From: Candidatus Coatesbacteria bacterium
Lineage (GTDB): Bacteria; RBG-13-66-14; B26-G2; JAUVZD01
Direction of reading: 5' to 3'
DNA: 64,000 nt
NCBI GenBank assembly: GCA_030602715.1
Contig: JAUVZD010000001.1
Location: forward strand, 124,403 to 188,402
In this document: positions 1-10,050 of the stretch, piece after piece
Numbering within the stretch: position 1 is the first letter of the stretch
How the letters are laid out: every line of letters starts with the position of its first letter
The notes under the pieces: generated by a model
The model's database searches: none
What the model was told of the DNA's origin: nothing
What the model saw: only the letters and a program-made list of their open reading frames with translations
Translations under genes and position numbers: made by a program

Positions 1-900
1 ATCATCCTTGCCAGCCCCCAGATGGTCATAAACCTCTGGCGAGAGGGAACTCCCTTCTATGCCGGCAACGTCCGAACCGTCTGGTTTGCCCTGCAAGGAA
101 CCAGTGACTGGAGCATCCTCTTTGAGCATGAGGGTCAGGAGAGCATAGTCAATTTGCTCTCAGAAAATCCCACAGGGATTGTGATTCTTTGGCTTAAGAA
201 CCTGTGCGCCTTACTGATGACTCCGCTTATACAGGTCCCCCTCTTTGTCTTCGGTTGGGCTGGGCTTGTTTATCTCTGGTTCAAGAGAAAGGGATGGCAT
301 CTAGGGCTGGCTTCTGCTATACTTGTGGTATACTGTGTCCTGACCCTTCTCTTCAACTATGGGGGGAAATACTTCCTCGCCTTGAGCCCGTATATGGCTG
401 TCGGAGCCCTGAGCCTGATGCGGGAGGTAATTCCCGGCAGGGTGGGGAAAGGACCGAGACCGCCCCTCTTGGTGCCGGTAGTGGTAATGTTCATCGTATC
501 TGCTTTGGCGATATCGTTCTACAGCGTTAAGAACGATAGCCATTATCGTTGGGAGAAGGAGGCTATCTTTGAGGTTGCAGACACGCTCAGCGAGGAGGGC
601 ATAACCGACCCCAAGGCGGTGCTCTCCACCAACTACGATCTTTATCTTGTTGAGGCGGATTCCACTGATAAGCAGTTTGCCATGGTCCCCTTTGATATTT
701 CTACAGTTGAGGATTTGACCTCATATATCAATAAAGAGGGGTATGGTTATCTTATCGCTTATCACCGTGGCTGGACTGAGGGCTACTGGCGGGGACTGAC
801 CGCTCAACTGATAGAGCCTAGAAATATGCCGAATAATTACCAACCCATTTACACCAAAGAGGGCGTCCAGAGAATCGTAGTCTATCGTGTAGTCAGGTGA
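1..900 (+). CDS. Partial (5'-truncated) polytopic membrane protein, possibly a GT-C/ArnT-like glycosyltransferase C-terminal part
   Basis: Frame is open from position 1; several hydrophobic helices, a KYFLALSPY motif reminiscent of the GT-C RY..P motif, then a soluble C-terminal domain. Confidence 0.5.
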   Translation: MILASPQMVINLWREGTPFYAGNVRTVWFALQGTSDWSILFEHEGQESIVNLLSENPTGIVILWLKNLCALLMTPLIQVPLFVFGWAGLVYLWFKRKGWHLGLASAILVVYCVLTLLFNYGGKYFLALSPYMAVGALSLMREVIPGRVGKGPRPPLLVPVVVMFIVSALAISFYSVKNDSHYRWEKEAIFEVADTLSEEGITDPKAVLSTNYDLYLVEADSTDKQFAMVPFDISTVEDLTSYINKEGYGYLIAYHRGWTEGYWRGLTAQLIEPRNMPNNYQPIYTKEGVQRIVVYRVVR

Positions 901-965
901 AGTTTCGGGCGTATTATATAGGGGGAGCGGAAAATGAATAAACCGGAAAAACAGAGGATTTAAAA

Positions 966-2027
966 ATGACATCAAGAGAAAAGCTGACAGAAGAGGTACT
1001 TCCTCCGGCATTGGTGAGTTTTGGAATAACCAGGGAGTGTGACCTGGACTGCCCGCACTGTTATAGCGACTCTGGAGAGAAAGACCCCCGGGAGCTGACA
1101 ACAGAAGAGGCGAAGAGGGTTATCAATGATATTGCAGATTTGGGAACGAAGATTATTATATTGGACGGTGGAGAACCGACTTTAAGAAAGGACCTGATAG
1201 AGTTAATTCAACATTCAGGTGATAACGGTCTGGTGACGGTGATGGGGTCACACGGCGGACCACTGACCAAGGAGATGGCGAGAGACCTTAAGTCTGCAGG
1301 ATGTAAAGGCGTGGCGATCAGCCTTGACGGGGCGGTGGCAAAAACTCACGATGAATGGAGAGGAATGGAGGGCGCCTGGAAAGGGGCTGTTGAAGGTGCA
1401 AGGAACTGTGCTGAAGTGGGCTTGGAATTCCAGATTGCCCCTCTGCTCCACAGAAAGAATTCAGGGGAGTTGTCCGGTATCATAGATTATGCCAAGGAGT
1501 TAGGTGCGGGAGCGGTTGAAATTTTTGATTATGTCCCTGCGGGAAGAGGAAAGGGACATTTTGAGCATGAGCTGGATACGGAGCAGAGGAAGATGGTGAT
1601 AGATGAAGTTATAAAGTTGCAAAGAGCGGACGACCTGGTCTATAGAGTAATCGCCTTACCGCAATACTGGGTGGTGGTGGAAAAGGAGGTGCGGGAGGAT
1701 GAGATTCTTATGAAATTCACCAGGAGTTGCTGCGCTGCTGGCACAAGGTATATCACCATCCTGCCGAATGGGGATGTAATTCCCTGTATGGTCCTCCAGA
1801 TAGTGGTGGGCAATGTGCACCAGGATAGTTTAAAGACCATCTGGTATGAGTCGCCCGTATTGAGAGACTTAAGGAACAGGGACCTTTTGAAGGGTAAGTG
1901 CGGAATATGCAAATATAAGTCGGTGTGCGCTGGGGCAAGGTGTAAGGCTTATGAGAAGACCGGTGATATGCTGGCTGAGGATCCGACATGTTGGTTTACA
2001 GAGGATGAGATAAGCACAGGAGATTGA
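966..2027 (+). CDS. Radical SAM/SPASM domain protein (NirJ/AhbC/AhbD-like)
   Basis: CDLDCPHC (CxxxCxxC), GGEP, SLDG, and C-terminal SPASM cysteines (CCAAG...PC...CGICKYKSVC...DPTC). Confidence 0.9.
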   Translation: MTSREKLTEEVLPPALVSFGITRECDLDCPHCYSDSGEKDPRELTTEEAKRVINDIADLGTKIIILDGGEPTLRKDLIELIQHSGDNGLVTVMGSHGGPLTKEMARDLKSAGCKGVAISLDGAVAKTHDEWRGMEGAWKGAVEGARNCAEVGLEFQIAPLLHRKNSGELSGIIDYAKELGAGAVEIFDYVPAGRGKGHFEHELDTEQRKMVIDEVIKLQRADDLVYRVIALPQYWVVVEKEVREDEILMKFTRSCCAAGTRYITILPNGDVIPCMVLQIVVGNVHQDSLKTIWYESPVLRDLRNRDLLKGKCGICKYKSVCAGARCKAYEKTGDMLAEDPTCWFTEDEISTGD

Positions 2028-2290
2028 GAATGTCAGGGTTGAGGACGATGAAATGGGATGATACCGCATGGAGTGCCTTGAAGGATGCCATTACGCCGAT
2101 GCCCCCATTGGTAAGGAAGAAGGCGCTATTAAAAATTATAGAGGCAAGCGAGGAGAATGCCAGAGATAGAACTTCCCGGGTGGTTGAAGGGGAGGATCTG
2201 GTCAAGGCGGCAAAGGAGAAAGTGCCAGAGGGTGTGCAAAAGATTTGCTTGCAGTCGTTGGCGGAACATGGAATTGTTGATGAGTCCTGA
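2024..2290 (+). CDS. Small helical protein, PCP_red/DUF2621-like
   Basis: WDDTA...PMPPLVRKKA...EENAR...V...DLVKA pattern resembles the BchB C-terminal PCP_red domain; abuts the rSAM stop; start could be 2030 or 2048. Confidence 0.6.
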   Translation: MRMSGLRTMKWDDTAWSALKDAITPMPPLVRKKALLKIIEASEENARDRTSRVVEGEDLVKAAKEKVPEGVQKICLQSLAEHGIVDES

Positions 2291-2451
2291 GGGTATAATT
2301 ATAGTTCACGAAGATGATTGAACGATAAATAACGATATAGTCCGAGAAAACGATAACAGCGGATGAAAGTTAAATCAAGGATTTCCGAAAATTGCTTTCG
2401 GCGGCTTCTTTTTTCAGTGAACCGGTCAAACGGTAGGGAGGGTGCGCAATC

Positions 2452-3435
2452 TTGACGGGGATGGAGAAATTTGAGCGGATTAAGGAGTATGTGGCTGAGG
2501 ACCTGGAGCGGACCGAGAATACCATATTCCAGCTACTCAGGACGGAGAACCGCACCTTAGTCCATAGCACAACTCACCTGGTCAAGGCGGGTGGAAAGCG
2601 CATTCGTCCTCTGTTGGTGCTCCTCTGTGGTCGCATCTATGGCGAACTGGGCGAGCGATTATATAACCTTGCCGCCTGTGTGGAGCTCATCCATCTAGCG
2701 ACCCTTATGCACGATGATGTGGTGGACAGCGCCAGCCTGCGGCGAGGCTCACCCTCGGTAAACTCCCTTTGGGGAAACAAGATATCGGTGCTCACCGGCG
2801 ATTTTATATATTCCCGGGTCTTTCTCTCTCTGGTAAATTTGGTCGGCAGTATGGAGGCAATGCGCTCTTTATCCAGAGCAACCCAGATAATGAGTGTGGG
2901 GGAGATTATGCAGGTGGAGAACACCGGTAATATTGACCTGAGTGAGCGCGATTATTTCCAGGTGGTGGAGCGAAAGACCGCCGTTTTCCTCTCCGCCTGC
3001 TGTGAGTCGGCTGCCCAACTGGCTGGCGCCGGCAATAAAGATACCGCCAAGTTACGGGACTATGGGACAAATCTGGGCTACGCCTTTCAGATAGTGGACG
3101 ATACATTGGACTTCACGTCCGAAAACGAGCAGTTCGGCAAAGCATCCTTCAAAGACCTTGGAGAGGGCAAGGTGACCCTGCCTATAATCCATCTGCTCAG
3201 CCACTCCGATGGGAATGTGAAAGAAGCGGTTAAAAATGTGATGTATGGGCTGGGGGAGAAGGCAATGGACTCCATCCGTTCTGCCCTTCACCAGGCCGGT
3301 TCTCTCTCCTATGCTCAAAATGTAGCTGAGGATTATAGCCGTCGGGCTGTCGCCAGTTTAGAGGGATTCAAAAACGACGGTGCGGTGAACTCCTTGATTG
3401 AGCTTTCGCACTGGCTGGTGAAAAGGGAGTGGTGA
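2452..3435 (+). CDS. Polyprenyl diphosphate synthase (IspB/HepT family)
   Basis: GGKRIRP, ELIHLATLMHDDVVD..RRG, KTA, FQIVDD, DLGEGKVTLP motifs; TTG start with GGAGGG RBS. Confidence 0.93.
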   Translation: MTGMEKFERIKEYVAEDLERTENTIFQLLRTENRTLVHSTTHLVKAGGKRIRPLLVLLCGRIYGELGERLYNLAACVELIHLATLMHDDVVDSASLRRGSPSVNSLWGNKISVLTGDFIYSRVFLSLVNLVGSMEAMRSLSRATQIMSVGEIMQVENTGNIDLSERDYFQVVERKTAVFLSACCESAAQLAGAGNKDTAKLRDYGTNLGYAFQIVDDTLDFTSENEQFGKASFKDLGEGKVTLPIIHLLSHSDGNVKEAVKNVMYGLGEKAMDSIRSALHQAGSLSYAQNVAEDYSRRAVASLEGFKNDGAVNSLIELSHWLVKREW

Positions 3436-3489
3436 GGTTATCGGCCTGCTCCCTCATCCATCTTGAGGTAGAGGAGGAATAAAAGCCGG

Positions 3490-5142
3490 ATGAAAAGGGT
3501 GATTGACTTTCTTGGCTCAATGTCCTTCGGCTTGATTCTCCTGTTGGTGATAGCTTTTGTCTCCGCAATAGGAGCCTTCATTCCCCAGGAGAGAGGGGAA
3601 AGTTTCTATGTGGAGAAATACGGAACCCAGACCGCAGGATTATTGCATGCTCTGGGTTTTACCAATATCTATAAAAGCTTCTATTTTGTGGGGTTGTTGA
3701 TAATCCTATCGCTCAGCTTACTGACCTGTGTCCTCAAGCGAACACGTTTCATTATCAACCTCTTCCGCACACCCCGGGGCTTTCCAAATAAGAAGACTAT
3801 CTCGGCGATGAGCGAGGGGGCAACAATAGAGGGAGTGCACCTGGCTTTCGCCTCCGAGGTGCTTAGAAGACATCGCTATTCGGTAATAATGATGAGGAAG
3901 AAAGATGGCGGACATATCATAGCAAATCGGGGAAGGGTCGGTCGGGTGGGGTCTTTGGTGGTGCACATCTCTTTTGTGGTCATAGTCCTGGGAGGGATAA
4001 TCGGCGGATGCTTGGGGCACAAGCACTTGCTCATAATCTTTGAGGGTGAAGGGGTCTATCTGCCTGAGGAATTGGGGCATGAGCTCATCCTATATGCCGA
4101 CAAGGTGGAGGAGATTCGTGACCCCAACAGCGGTATGATAGAGGATTACATCACCACCGCCCGCTTGCTGAGAGGTGGTGAGCTGGCGGCGGAAGCCAAG
4201 ATAGAGGTCAACCACCCTATGGAGTATAAGGGGATAAACATATTCCAGGAACATATGGGGGTTGAGACCGGCGTAGCCCTTTTCATTCAGCCGCAAGATG
4301 AGGGTTTGGAGGAGGGAGAGAGAAGCCCCCTGCTCAATATGGAAGTAATTTTGCGGGATAAAAGCTACCGGGTCGCTCTTTATGAGGGGGAGACGGAGCC
4401 GATAGATGGCGGTTATGAGCTCACCATTGACCGCTACTACAGCCACTTTATCCTGGTTGGGAAGACCCCCAGCAACGACAATCCCCAGCCAAATCCGGCG
4501 GTGAGCTATACCATGATAAGGAATGGGGAGGTATTGGAGAGGGGTTACTCCTTTGAGGCATTTGCGGGCTTTCACATAGACCATGCTGATATGGGAGGGG
4601 ATATTCCGGTCCATTTTATCGGAACTTTATCAAGTGAGGAGGCAGCACAAGAGAATCTACACTTTTTCGCTCTGGATACCGAGTTTCCCTTTCCGGGAAG
4701 CGGGGAGCGAGCGGTCTTGCATCTTATTTCCAGGGACAAAGTGGAGATGGAGGAAGGAAACTTACCACCCGGTTCATCCACAAATGCGGAGGAGATGTTA
4801 GTTTTGGAGGTAGGAGGGGAACAGCATCCCCTCCCCCTGAGAGAGGATGTCTTGGTGGAAATTGATGATGAATCTTATCGGGTCTCTTTTGAAGGACCGA
4901 GAGAGGCAATCTTCACCGGTCTGACCGTAGTTTACGACCCCGGTCTATGGTTCTTCTTCGTGGGCGGTGCTCTGCTCAGCTTGGGGACGGTCTTGGTGGT
5001 GCTGGTAAATCATAAGCAGGTGAAGGCGCTTGTGGAGGAAAAACTGTTATATATCGGCGCTGGCTCACACCGCGCCAAGGACCTCTTTTCCGGGGAGTTT
5101 CAGAAGTTATGCAAGGAGATAACCGGGGGTAGAGAATGGTGA
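3490..5142 (+). CDS. ccsB: Cytochrome c biogenesis protein CcsB/ResB
   Basis: N-terminal TMs with IPQ motif, conserved TM His (LVVHISF), EVNHP, C-terminal DPG plus TM. Confidence 0.88.
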   Translation: MKRVIDFLGSMSFGLILLLVIAFVSAIGAFIPQERGESFYVEKYGTQTAGLLHALGFTNIYKSFYFVGLLIILSLSLLTCVLKRTRFIINLFRTPRGFPNKKTISAMSEGATIEGVHLAFASEVLRRHRYSVIMMRKKDGGHIIANRGRVGRVGSLVVHISFVVIVLGGIIGGCLGHKHLLIIFEGEGVYLPEELGHELILYADKVEEIRDPNSGMIEDYITTARLLRGGELAAEAKIEVNHPMEYKGINIFQEHMGVETGVALFIQPQDEGLEEGERSPLLNMEVILRDKSYRVALYEGETEPIDGGYELTIDRYYSHFILVGKTPSNDNPQPNPAVSYTMIRNGEVLERGYSFEAFAGFHIDHADMGGDIPVHFIGTLSSEEAAQENLHFFALDTEFPFPGSGERAVLHLISRDKVEMEEGNLPPGSSTNAEEMLVLEVGGEQHPLPLREDVLVEIDDESYRVSFEGPREAIFTGLTVVYDPGLWFFFVGGALLSLGTVLVVLVNHKQVKALVEEKLLYIGAGSHRAKDLFSGEFQKLCKEITGGREW

Positions 5143-6662
5143 AACGGAGAGTTGGGTCAATCATTTTGCTATTGTCGGTCCTTTTTTTGATGTTTCCCTC
5201 TTCATCTATGGCTGGTAAGGTGAAGTTTGAGGAGGGTTATGAGTTTATAAAGAATAATGTGGACAAGGATGCGCTTCTCGGCAAACCAATCAAGGTCACC
5301 CGTGTTGAAACCCTGAGCACCTTTGCCGGTAGTCTTTATCTGCTGTTGAAAGATAAGGGAAACCCCAAAGACGGCGACCTCTTTGAGGACAGAGTTGCTA
5401 CTATATTTCTCATCGCCCTGGACGATGAGTATCGCTTGCAGGCGAAGATAGCCTTTCTGAAAAAGGACCTGGAGTTGGGGATTGCCGAGGAGAGGTGGGT
5501 AAGTTACCTTGAGTTTCAAAATGTCATCATCCCCAAAGTCACGGGTAAACTCCAGACCGCTACCTCCAGCAACGCCGGGATGCGGGCGGATGAGATGGCT
5601 TATCGCATTCTGGAGCAGTTGGGTATGTGGGCTCCGCTGGAGAACTGGTTCATAATCCCATCGGATGTTGTGGGGAAGGATGAGTGGTTCTCCATAAGCG
5701 AAAGCGGCGATTCCCAGATAAAAACACTATTCACTCAGGTAAAGGATGCTTATGAGAGCAGAGACGGGCCGGGGCTAAATAAAGCTCTCCTGGCTATATT
5801 TGACCGCGCCGAGGAGCTTGGCGGCGAAAATTATCCCTCCACAGCTAAGCTGAAACTGGAACTGTTAAACAATCGCTTCCCGGCTATGACCGGTGCTTTT
5901 TATCTGTATCTTGTGGCTTCCCTACTGCTCTTCGTCTGGCTTGTCACCAGGCTGAAGTTGGTGGACCGCATAGCGGTCATCATGGCACTGGCTGGCTTCT
6001 GCTTGCAGACCTGGAGCCTGGTGGTCCGTTCCATCATCAGCGGTCATCTGCCCACCACCGGAATGTATGAATACCTGGCACTGATGTCCTGGACGATAGT
6101 ATTGTTATTTCTATTCTTCCAGTTCACTTTCCGCTATACCTTCCTCGGGGCGATAGCACTGCCCATAGCCTTTTTGCTCATCGTTCTAGCCTCCCTATTT
6201 CCCCGGGACATTCAGACCCAGTTGATTCCCGCTCTGCAAAGCTGGTGGCTTACCATCCATGTAGTACTGGCTTCACTCGGTGAAGCGGCTTTCGCCGTGG
6301 GTTTTGCCGCAGCCTTGCTCTATTTGATAAAGGGGCGTCGCCCGGAGGGCAAACTGCCCAGCCGGGAACGACTGGACCAGATCTCCTATCGGGCTATCGG
6401 CTTGGGCTATCCCTTATTTACCATAGGCGCTCTGGTGGCCGGCGCCATATGGGCTCAGCAAGCCTGGGGCACCTGGTGGAGCTGGGACCCCAAAGAGACC
6501 TCATCGTTGGTGGTCTGGCTGGTGGCTTCCGCCTATCTTCACGCACGGTTACTGCGGGGTTGGAGGGGAAAGAAAGCCGCCGTCCTAGCCATAGCCATAT
6601 TTGTACTTTCCCTGTTTACATTGTTCTCCAACCTCATCTTCGGTGGACTTCATTCTTATTGA
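5136..6662 (+). CDS. ccsA: Cytochrome c biogenesis protein CcsA/ResC with N-terminal exported domain
   Basis: WWD domain (WAQQAWGTWWSWDPKE), LQSWWLTIHV, YLH, terminal GLHSY. Confidence 0.93.
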   Translation: MVKRRVGSIILLLSVLFLMFPSSSMAGKVKFEEGYEFIKNNVDKDALLGKPIKVTRVETLSTFAGSLYLLLKDKGNPKDGDLFEDRVATIFLIALDDEYRLQAKIAFLKKDLELGIAEERWVSYLEFQNVIIPKVTGKLQTATSSNAGMRADEMAYRILEQLGMWAPLENWFIIPSDVVGKDEWFSISESGDSQIKTLFTQVKDAYESRDGPGLNKALLAIFDRAEELGGENYPSTAKLKLELLNNRFPAMTGAFYLYLVASLLLFVWLVTRLKLVDRIAVIMALAGFCLQTWSLVVRSIISGHLPTTGMYEYLALMSWTIVLLFLFFQFTFRYTFLGAIALPIAFLLIVLASLFPRDIQTQLIPALQSWWLTIHVVLASLGEAAFAVGFAAALLYLIKGRRPEGKLPSRERLDQISYRAIGLGYPLFTIGALVAGAIWAQQAWGTWWSWDPKETSSLVVWLVASAYLHARLLRGWRGKKAAVLAIAIFVLSLFTLFSNLIFGGLHSY

Positions 6663-6695
6663 ACTTGACCTTTCATCAAAATATGCGGAGGAATT

Positions 6696-8303
6696 GTGAG
6701 CGAAGAATTTAATAAACTGGTGGATGAATATCTTGAATTTTCCCACAGGGACAGCCCCTTAAGTGCCTCTTTTATGGGGCTTGAAGAATTTGATGGGGAA
6801 TGGGGCGATTTCTCCCCCGAAGGCATGAAAGCCAGCTTGGCGAAATACAGGGAGTTTAAGGACCGTTTTCTCGCTATGGAGGACCTATCGGTTGATGATG
6901 AGATTGACCGCCGTATAATCATCTCCCAGATAAGAAATTCGGAGATATCTCTGGATGATTATGATTTTTTCAGCCGCTTTCCATCGGCGGGAATGCAGAT
7001 TGCCAGCAGTGGTATTTTCATCCTCTTGAGCCGTGCGGAGAAACTGAACGCTCAGAAGTGTGAGGCGATTCTCTCCCGCCTTGATGGTGTCCCGGAGCTA
7101 CTATCTTCGGTCTCAAAACATACTAATGTGGTCTGCTCAATTAATCGTGAGGTGGCGTTGGAGGCGGCAGAAGGAACCAGGCAATTTTTTTCCTCTCTGC
7201 CTTCAATAATGGAGAAGGAGGGTTATGATGCAAAGAACCCGGCTAAGGAGGCTCTTACGGCGGTGGAAGGATACATCTCCTTCTTGAAGGACCTGCCTGA
7301 GGTTGGGGATAATTATGCCACCGGCAAGGAGATATTCTCAGCCATGCTCTCTGACGTTCATCTTCTCCCCACGAGCGTGGAGGAGATTGAGGAGATGGGG
7401 ATTGAGCTTCTGGATTCGTCTAGAAAACGACAGAAAGAGCTGGCACAGAAGATTGACCCCACCAAAGAGACAAACGAGGTAATAGCTGACTTAAAGAGCC
7501 ATCATCCAACTGTTGAGGAGTTATCCAATACTTATAAACGATACATGGAGTCAGCCCGCCAGTTTATAATTGACCATGGACTGATAGATTTGCCCGACGG
7601 TGAGCGATTGGATATGATTTCCACCCCGCCCTTTCATCGGGGAATAATTCCCTACGCCGCCTATTTACCACCGGTGGTCTACGGCTCCCAACAGGTGGGA
7701 AAGTTCATGGTCACGCCGGTGGAAGAGGAGGATGCGGAAAAGAGGGAGGAGATACTGAGGGGACATTGCACCTATCGCCTTCCCGGCGTCTCCCTCCACG
7801 AGGGCTACCCCGGTCACCACTTGCAGATGAGCTGGGCCACACGGACGGAGAGGTCAGTGCGTAAGGAGACCTATAATAATATCTTCATTGAGGGTTGGGC
7901 GCTATACTGCGAGCAGATGATGACCGAGGAGGGATTCATCTCCACACCACGGGAGAAACTGTTTCTGGCAAACGACCTAGTATGGAGGGGAGCACGGGTG
8001 ATAGTGGATATAGGAATCCATTGTAAAGAAAAGGGGTATGATTGGGCGGTGGAGTTTATGATGAAAGAAGCCGGTCTGGAGAAGCCCCACGCAGAGACGG
8101 AATGCAAACGCTATATCTCCACTCCAACCCAGCCTTTGAGTTACGCTGTGGGAAGGAGGATAATCCTGCACCTGAGGGAGCAGATAAAGAGGAAGCTGGG
8201 CGAAAAATTCTCACTAAAGGATTTTCACAACCGCCTGATGGGCTATGGCTCTTTACACGCACCGCTTATCGCAGAAGAGGTAGAGAAAAGCTATGCTTTT
8301 TGA
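6696..8303 (+). CDS. DUF885 family protein (metallopeptidase-like)
   Basis: HEGYPGHHLQ, EGWALY.E, R..R...D.G.H, RY...P.Q.LSY..G motifs. Confidence 0.88.
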   Translation: MSEEFNKLVDEYLEFSHRDSPLSASFMGLEEFDGEWGDFSPEGMKASLAKYREFKDRFLAMEDLSVDDEIDRRIIISQIRNSEISLDDYDFFSRFPSAGMQIASSGIFILLSRAEKLNAQKCEAILSRLDGVPELLSSVSKHTNVVCSINREVALEAAEGTRQFFSSLPSIMEKEGYDAKNPAKEALTAVEGYISFLKDLPEVGDNYATGKEIFSAMLSDVHLLPTSVEEIEEMGIELLDSSRKRQKELAQKIDPTKETNEVIADLKSHHPTVEELSNTYKRYMESARQFIIDHGLIDLPDGERLDMISTPPFHRGIIPYAAYLPPVVYGSQQVGKFMVTPVEEEDAEKREEILRGHCTYRLPGVSLHEGYPGHHLQMSWATRTERSVRKETYNNIFIEGWALYCEQMMTEEGFISTPREKLFLANDLVWRGARVIVDIGIHCKEKGYDWAVEFMMKEAGLEKPHAETECKRYISTPTQPLSYAVGRRIILHLREQIKRKLGEKFSLKDFHNRLMGYGSLHAPLIAEEVEKSYAF

Positions 8304-9033
8304 GGAGTTGAGCTGGCAGGAGGTGGCGAAGAAAATTGAGGAGGCGGCACGGATAATTCTACCCATCGGCAGCACCGAACAGCACGGTGAACACCTGCCG
8401 GTGGGAACCGATGCTTGTATCACCGGTGCAATTGCCAAGGAGGTGGGGGAGAGGACCGGAACCTTGGTCGCTCCTGTGTTGAGCTACGGAATTAACCTGG
8501 AGGGTGAAGCCCATTTCCCCGGTGCTATCTCCCTGAGCTTTGAGGCTCTTAGGGGTGTGGTCAATTCCATCAGTAAATCTTTTGTATCCTGGGGGGTCAA
8601 AGATATATTTATAATTACCGCCCACGGCTGTGCCAGCGAAAACACCTCCTTTGCCCATCAGGAGGCAATCAAAGCCGGTCTATTGTCCATTGAGCAAGAG
8701 GGTTCCGCCCGAACCCATATTATCTATCCATACTGGGAGAGTTTTAATGATATACTGGAGAGGGATGAGGGAATGGAACATGGCGGGGAGGGGGAGACCT
8801 CTCTTATGTTATATTTAGCAGAGGGATTGGTGGATATGGCTTCTACTGTTGACCGACCGGAAGCAGAGCAGTTCACCTTCCGGGCTTTCCCGGAGGGGGT
8901 GTCGCAACCGGGTGACCTTCCCCAAGGTGGAAGTGAGGGTTTTCCCAGCGCTGCAAGTGCTGAGAAAGGGAAACTTTTATTTGAGCGGGTGGTAACATCA
9001 GCGCAGAGGTATATCCTGAGCTGTTCAAAATAG
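8293..9033 (+). CDS. Creatininase/creatinine amidohydrolase family protein
   Basis: LPIGSTEQHGEHLPVGTD, AHG, HGGEGETS, ASAEKG motifs. Confidence 0.88.
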   Translation: MLFEELSWQEVAKKIEEAARIILPIGSTEQHGEHLPVGTDACITGAIAKEVGERTGTLVAPVLSYGINLEGEAHFPGAISLSFEALRGVVNSISKSFVSWGVKDIFIITAHGCASENTSFAHQEAIKAGLLSIEQEGSARTHIIYPYWESFNDILERDEGMEHGGEGETSLMLYLAEGLVDMASTVDRPEAEQFTFRAFPEGVSQPGDLPQGGSEGFPSAASAEKGKLLFERVVTSAQRYILSCSK

Positions 9034-9102
9034 AGCATAGAGATGGGATAAAAACTAACCGAGTTTGGCTTGGGTCTGGTTAAAGACTGGGGCGATGTGG
9101 CA

Positions 9103-10050
9103 ATGAGTGAGACGGATGAGAGAGAGATTGAAGCCTTGCTGGCGGATATCGCTTCCCTGAAGGAGAAGCGCCGGGCGGTCTTTTTGGTGCACAACTATCA
9201 ACTGGAGGAGATTCAGGAGATAGCCGACTACCTGGGGGATTCGCTGGGTTTGGGTCAGCAGGCGCAGAAGAGCGATGCCCAGGTAATCGTCCTCTGCGGT
9301 GTGGAGTTTATGGCTGAGACCGCAAAACTGCTCAACCCGGAAAAGACCGTCCTGCTCCCCGAGGAGCACGCCGGGTGTCCTATGGCGGACATGATCACCG
9401 AGGAGGAGCTGGTGGCTCTGAAGGAGGAACATCCCCGGGCAAAGGTGGTCGCCTATGTCAACACCACCGTCGCCACCAAAGCCCACACCGATATCTGCTG
9501 TACCTCATCTAACGCCACAAAAGTAGTGGGCACACTCGGTGAGGACCAGCAGATAATATTTATTCCGGATAAATACCTGGGGGCTTATGTGGAGAAGGAG
9601 ACCGGGCGAAGTATGATTTTATGGAACGGCTTCTGCCCCACTCACGCCAGACTGCTTGTGGAGGATATACTGATAGCAAAAAGGGAGCACCCCCGGGCGA
9701 AGGTGATGGCTCATCCGGAGTGCCGACCGGAGGTTCTGGATATGGCGGATGCTGTCCGCTCCACAGGCGGGATGATTCGCTATGTCTCCGAGGTTGACGA
9801 TAAGGAGTTTATCGTGGGCACGGAGATAGGCATGGTCACCACCTTACGCAGGCGCTACCCGGAGCGAAAGTTCTACTCCGCAGCTTCGGAGAAATTGATA
9901 TGCCCCAATATGAAGATGACCACCCTGCGCAGTGTGAAGCGAGCTCTGGAGGAGATGACCAACGAGATAATAATCCCCGAAAGATATATCGCTCCTGCAA
10001 GGAAGGCTATTGAGAGGATGGTGGCTGTAGGTCGGGGGGAGAGTGGTTGA
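9103..10050 (+). CDS. nadA: Quinolinate synthase
   Basis: HNYQ, GDSL, CGVEFMAE, AGCPMAD, YVNT, CTSSN, FCPTH, HPEC, CPNMK; ATG 9103 preferred over TTG 9070. Confidence 0.96.
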   Translation: MSETDEREIEALLADIASLKEKRRAVFLVHNYQLEEIQEIADYLGDSLGLGQQAQKSDAQVIVLCGVEFMAETAKLLNPEKTVLLPEEHAGCPMADMITEEELVALKEEHPRAKVVAYVNTTVATKAHTDICCTSSNATKVVGTLGEDQQIIFIPDKYLGAYVEKETGRSMILWNGFCPTHARLLVEDILIAKREHPRAKVMAHPECRPEVLDMADAVRSTGGMIRYVSEVDDKEFIVGTEIGMVTTLRRRYPERKFYSAASEKLICPNMKMTTLRSVKRALEEMTNEIIIPERYIAPARKAIERMVAVGRGESG

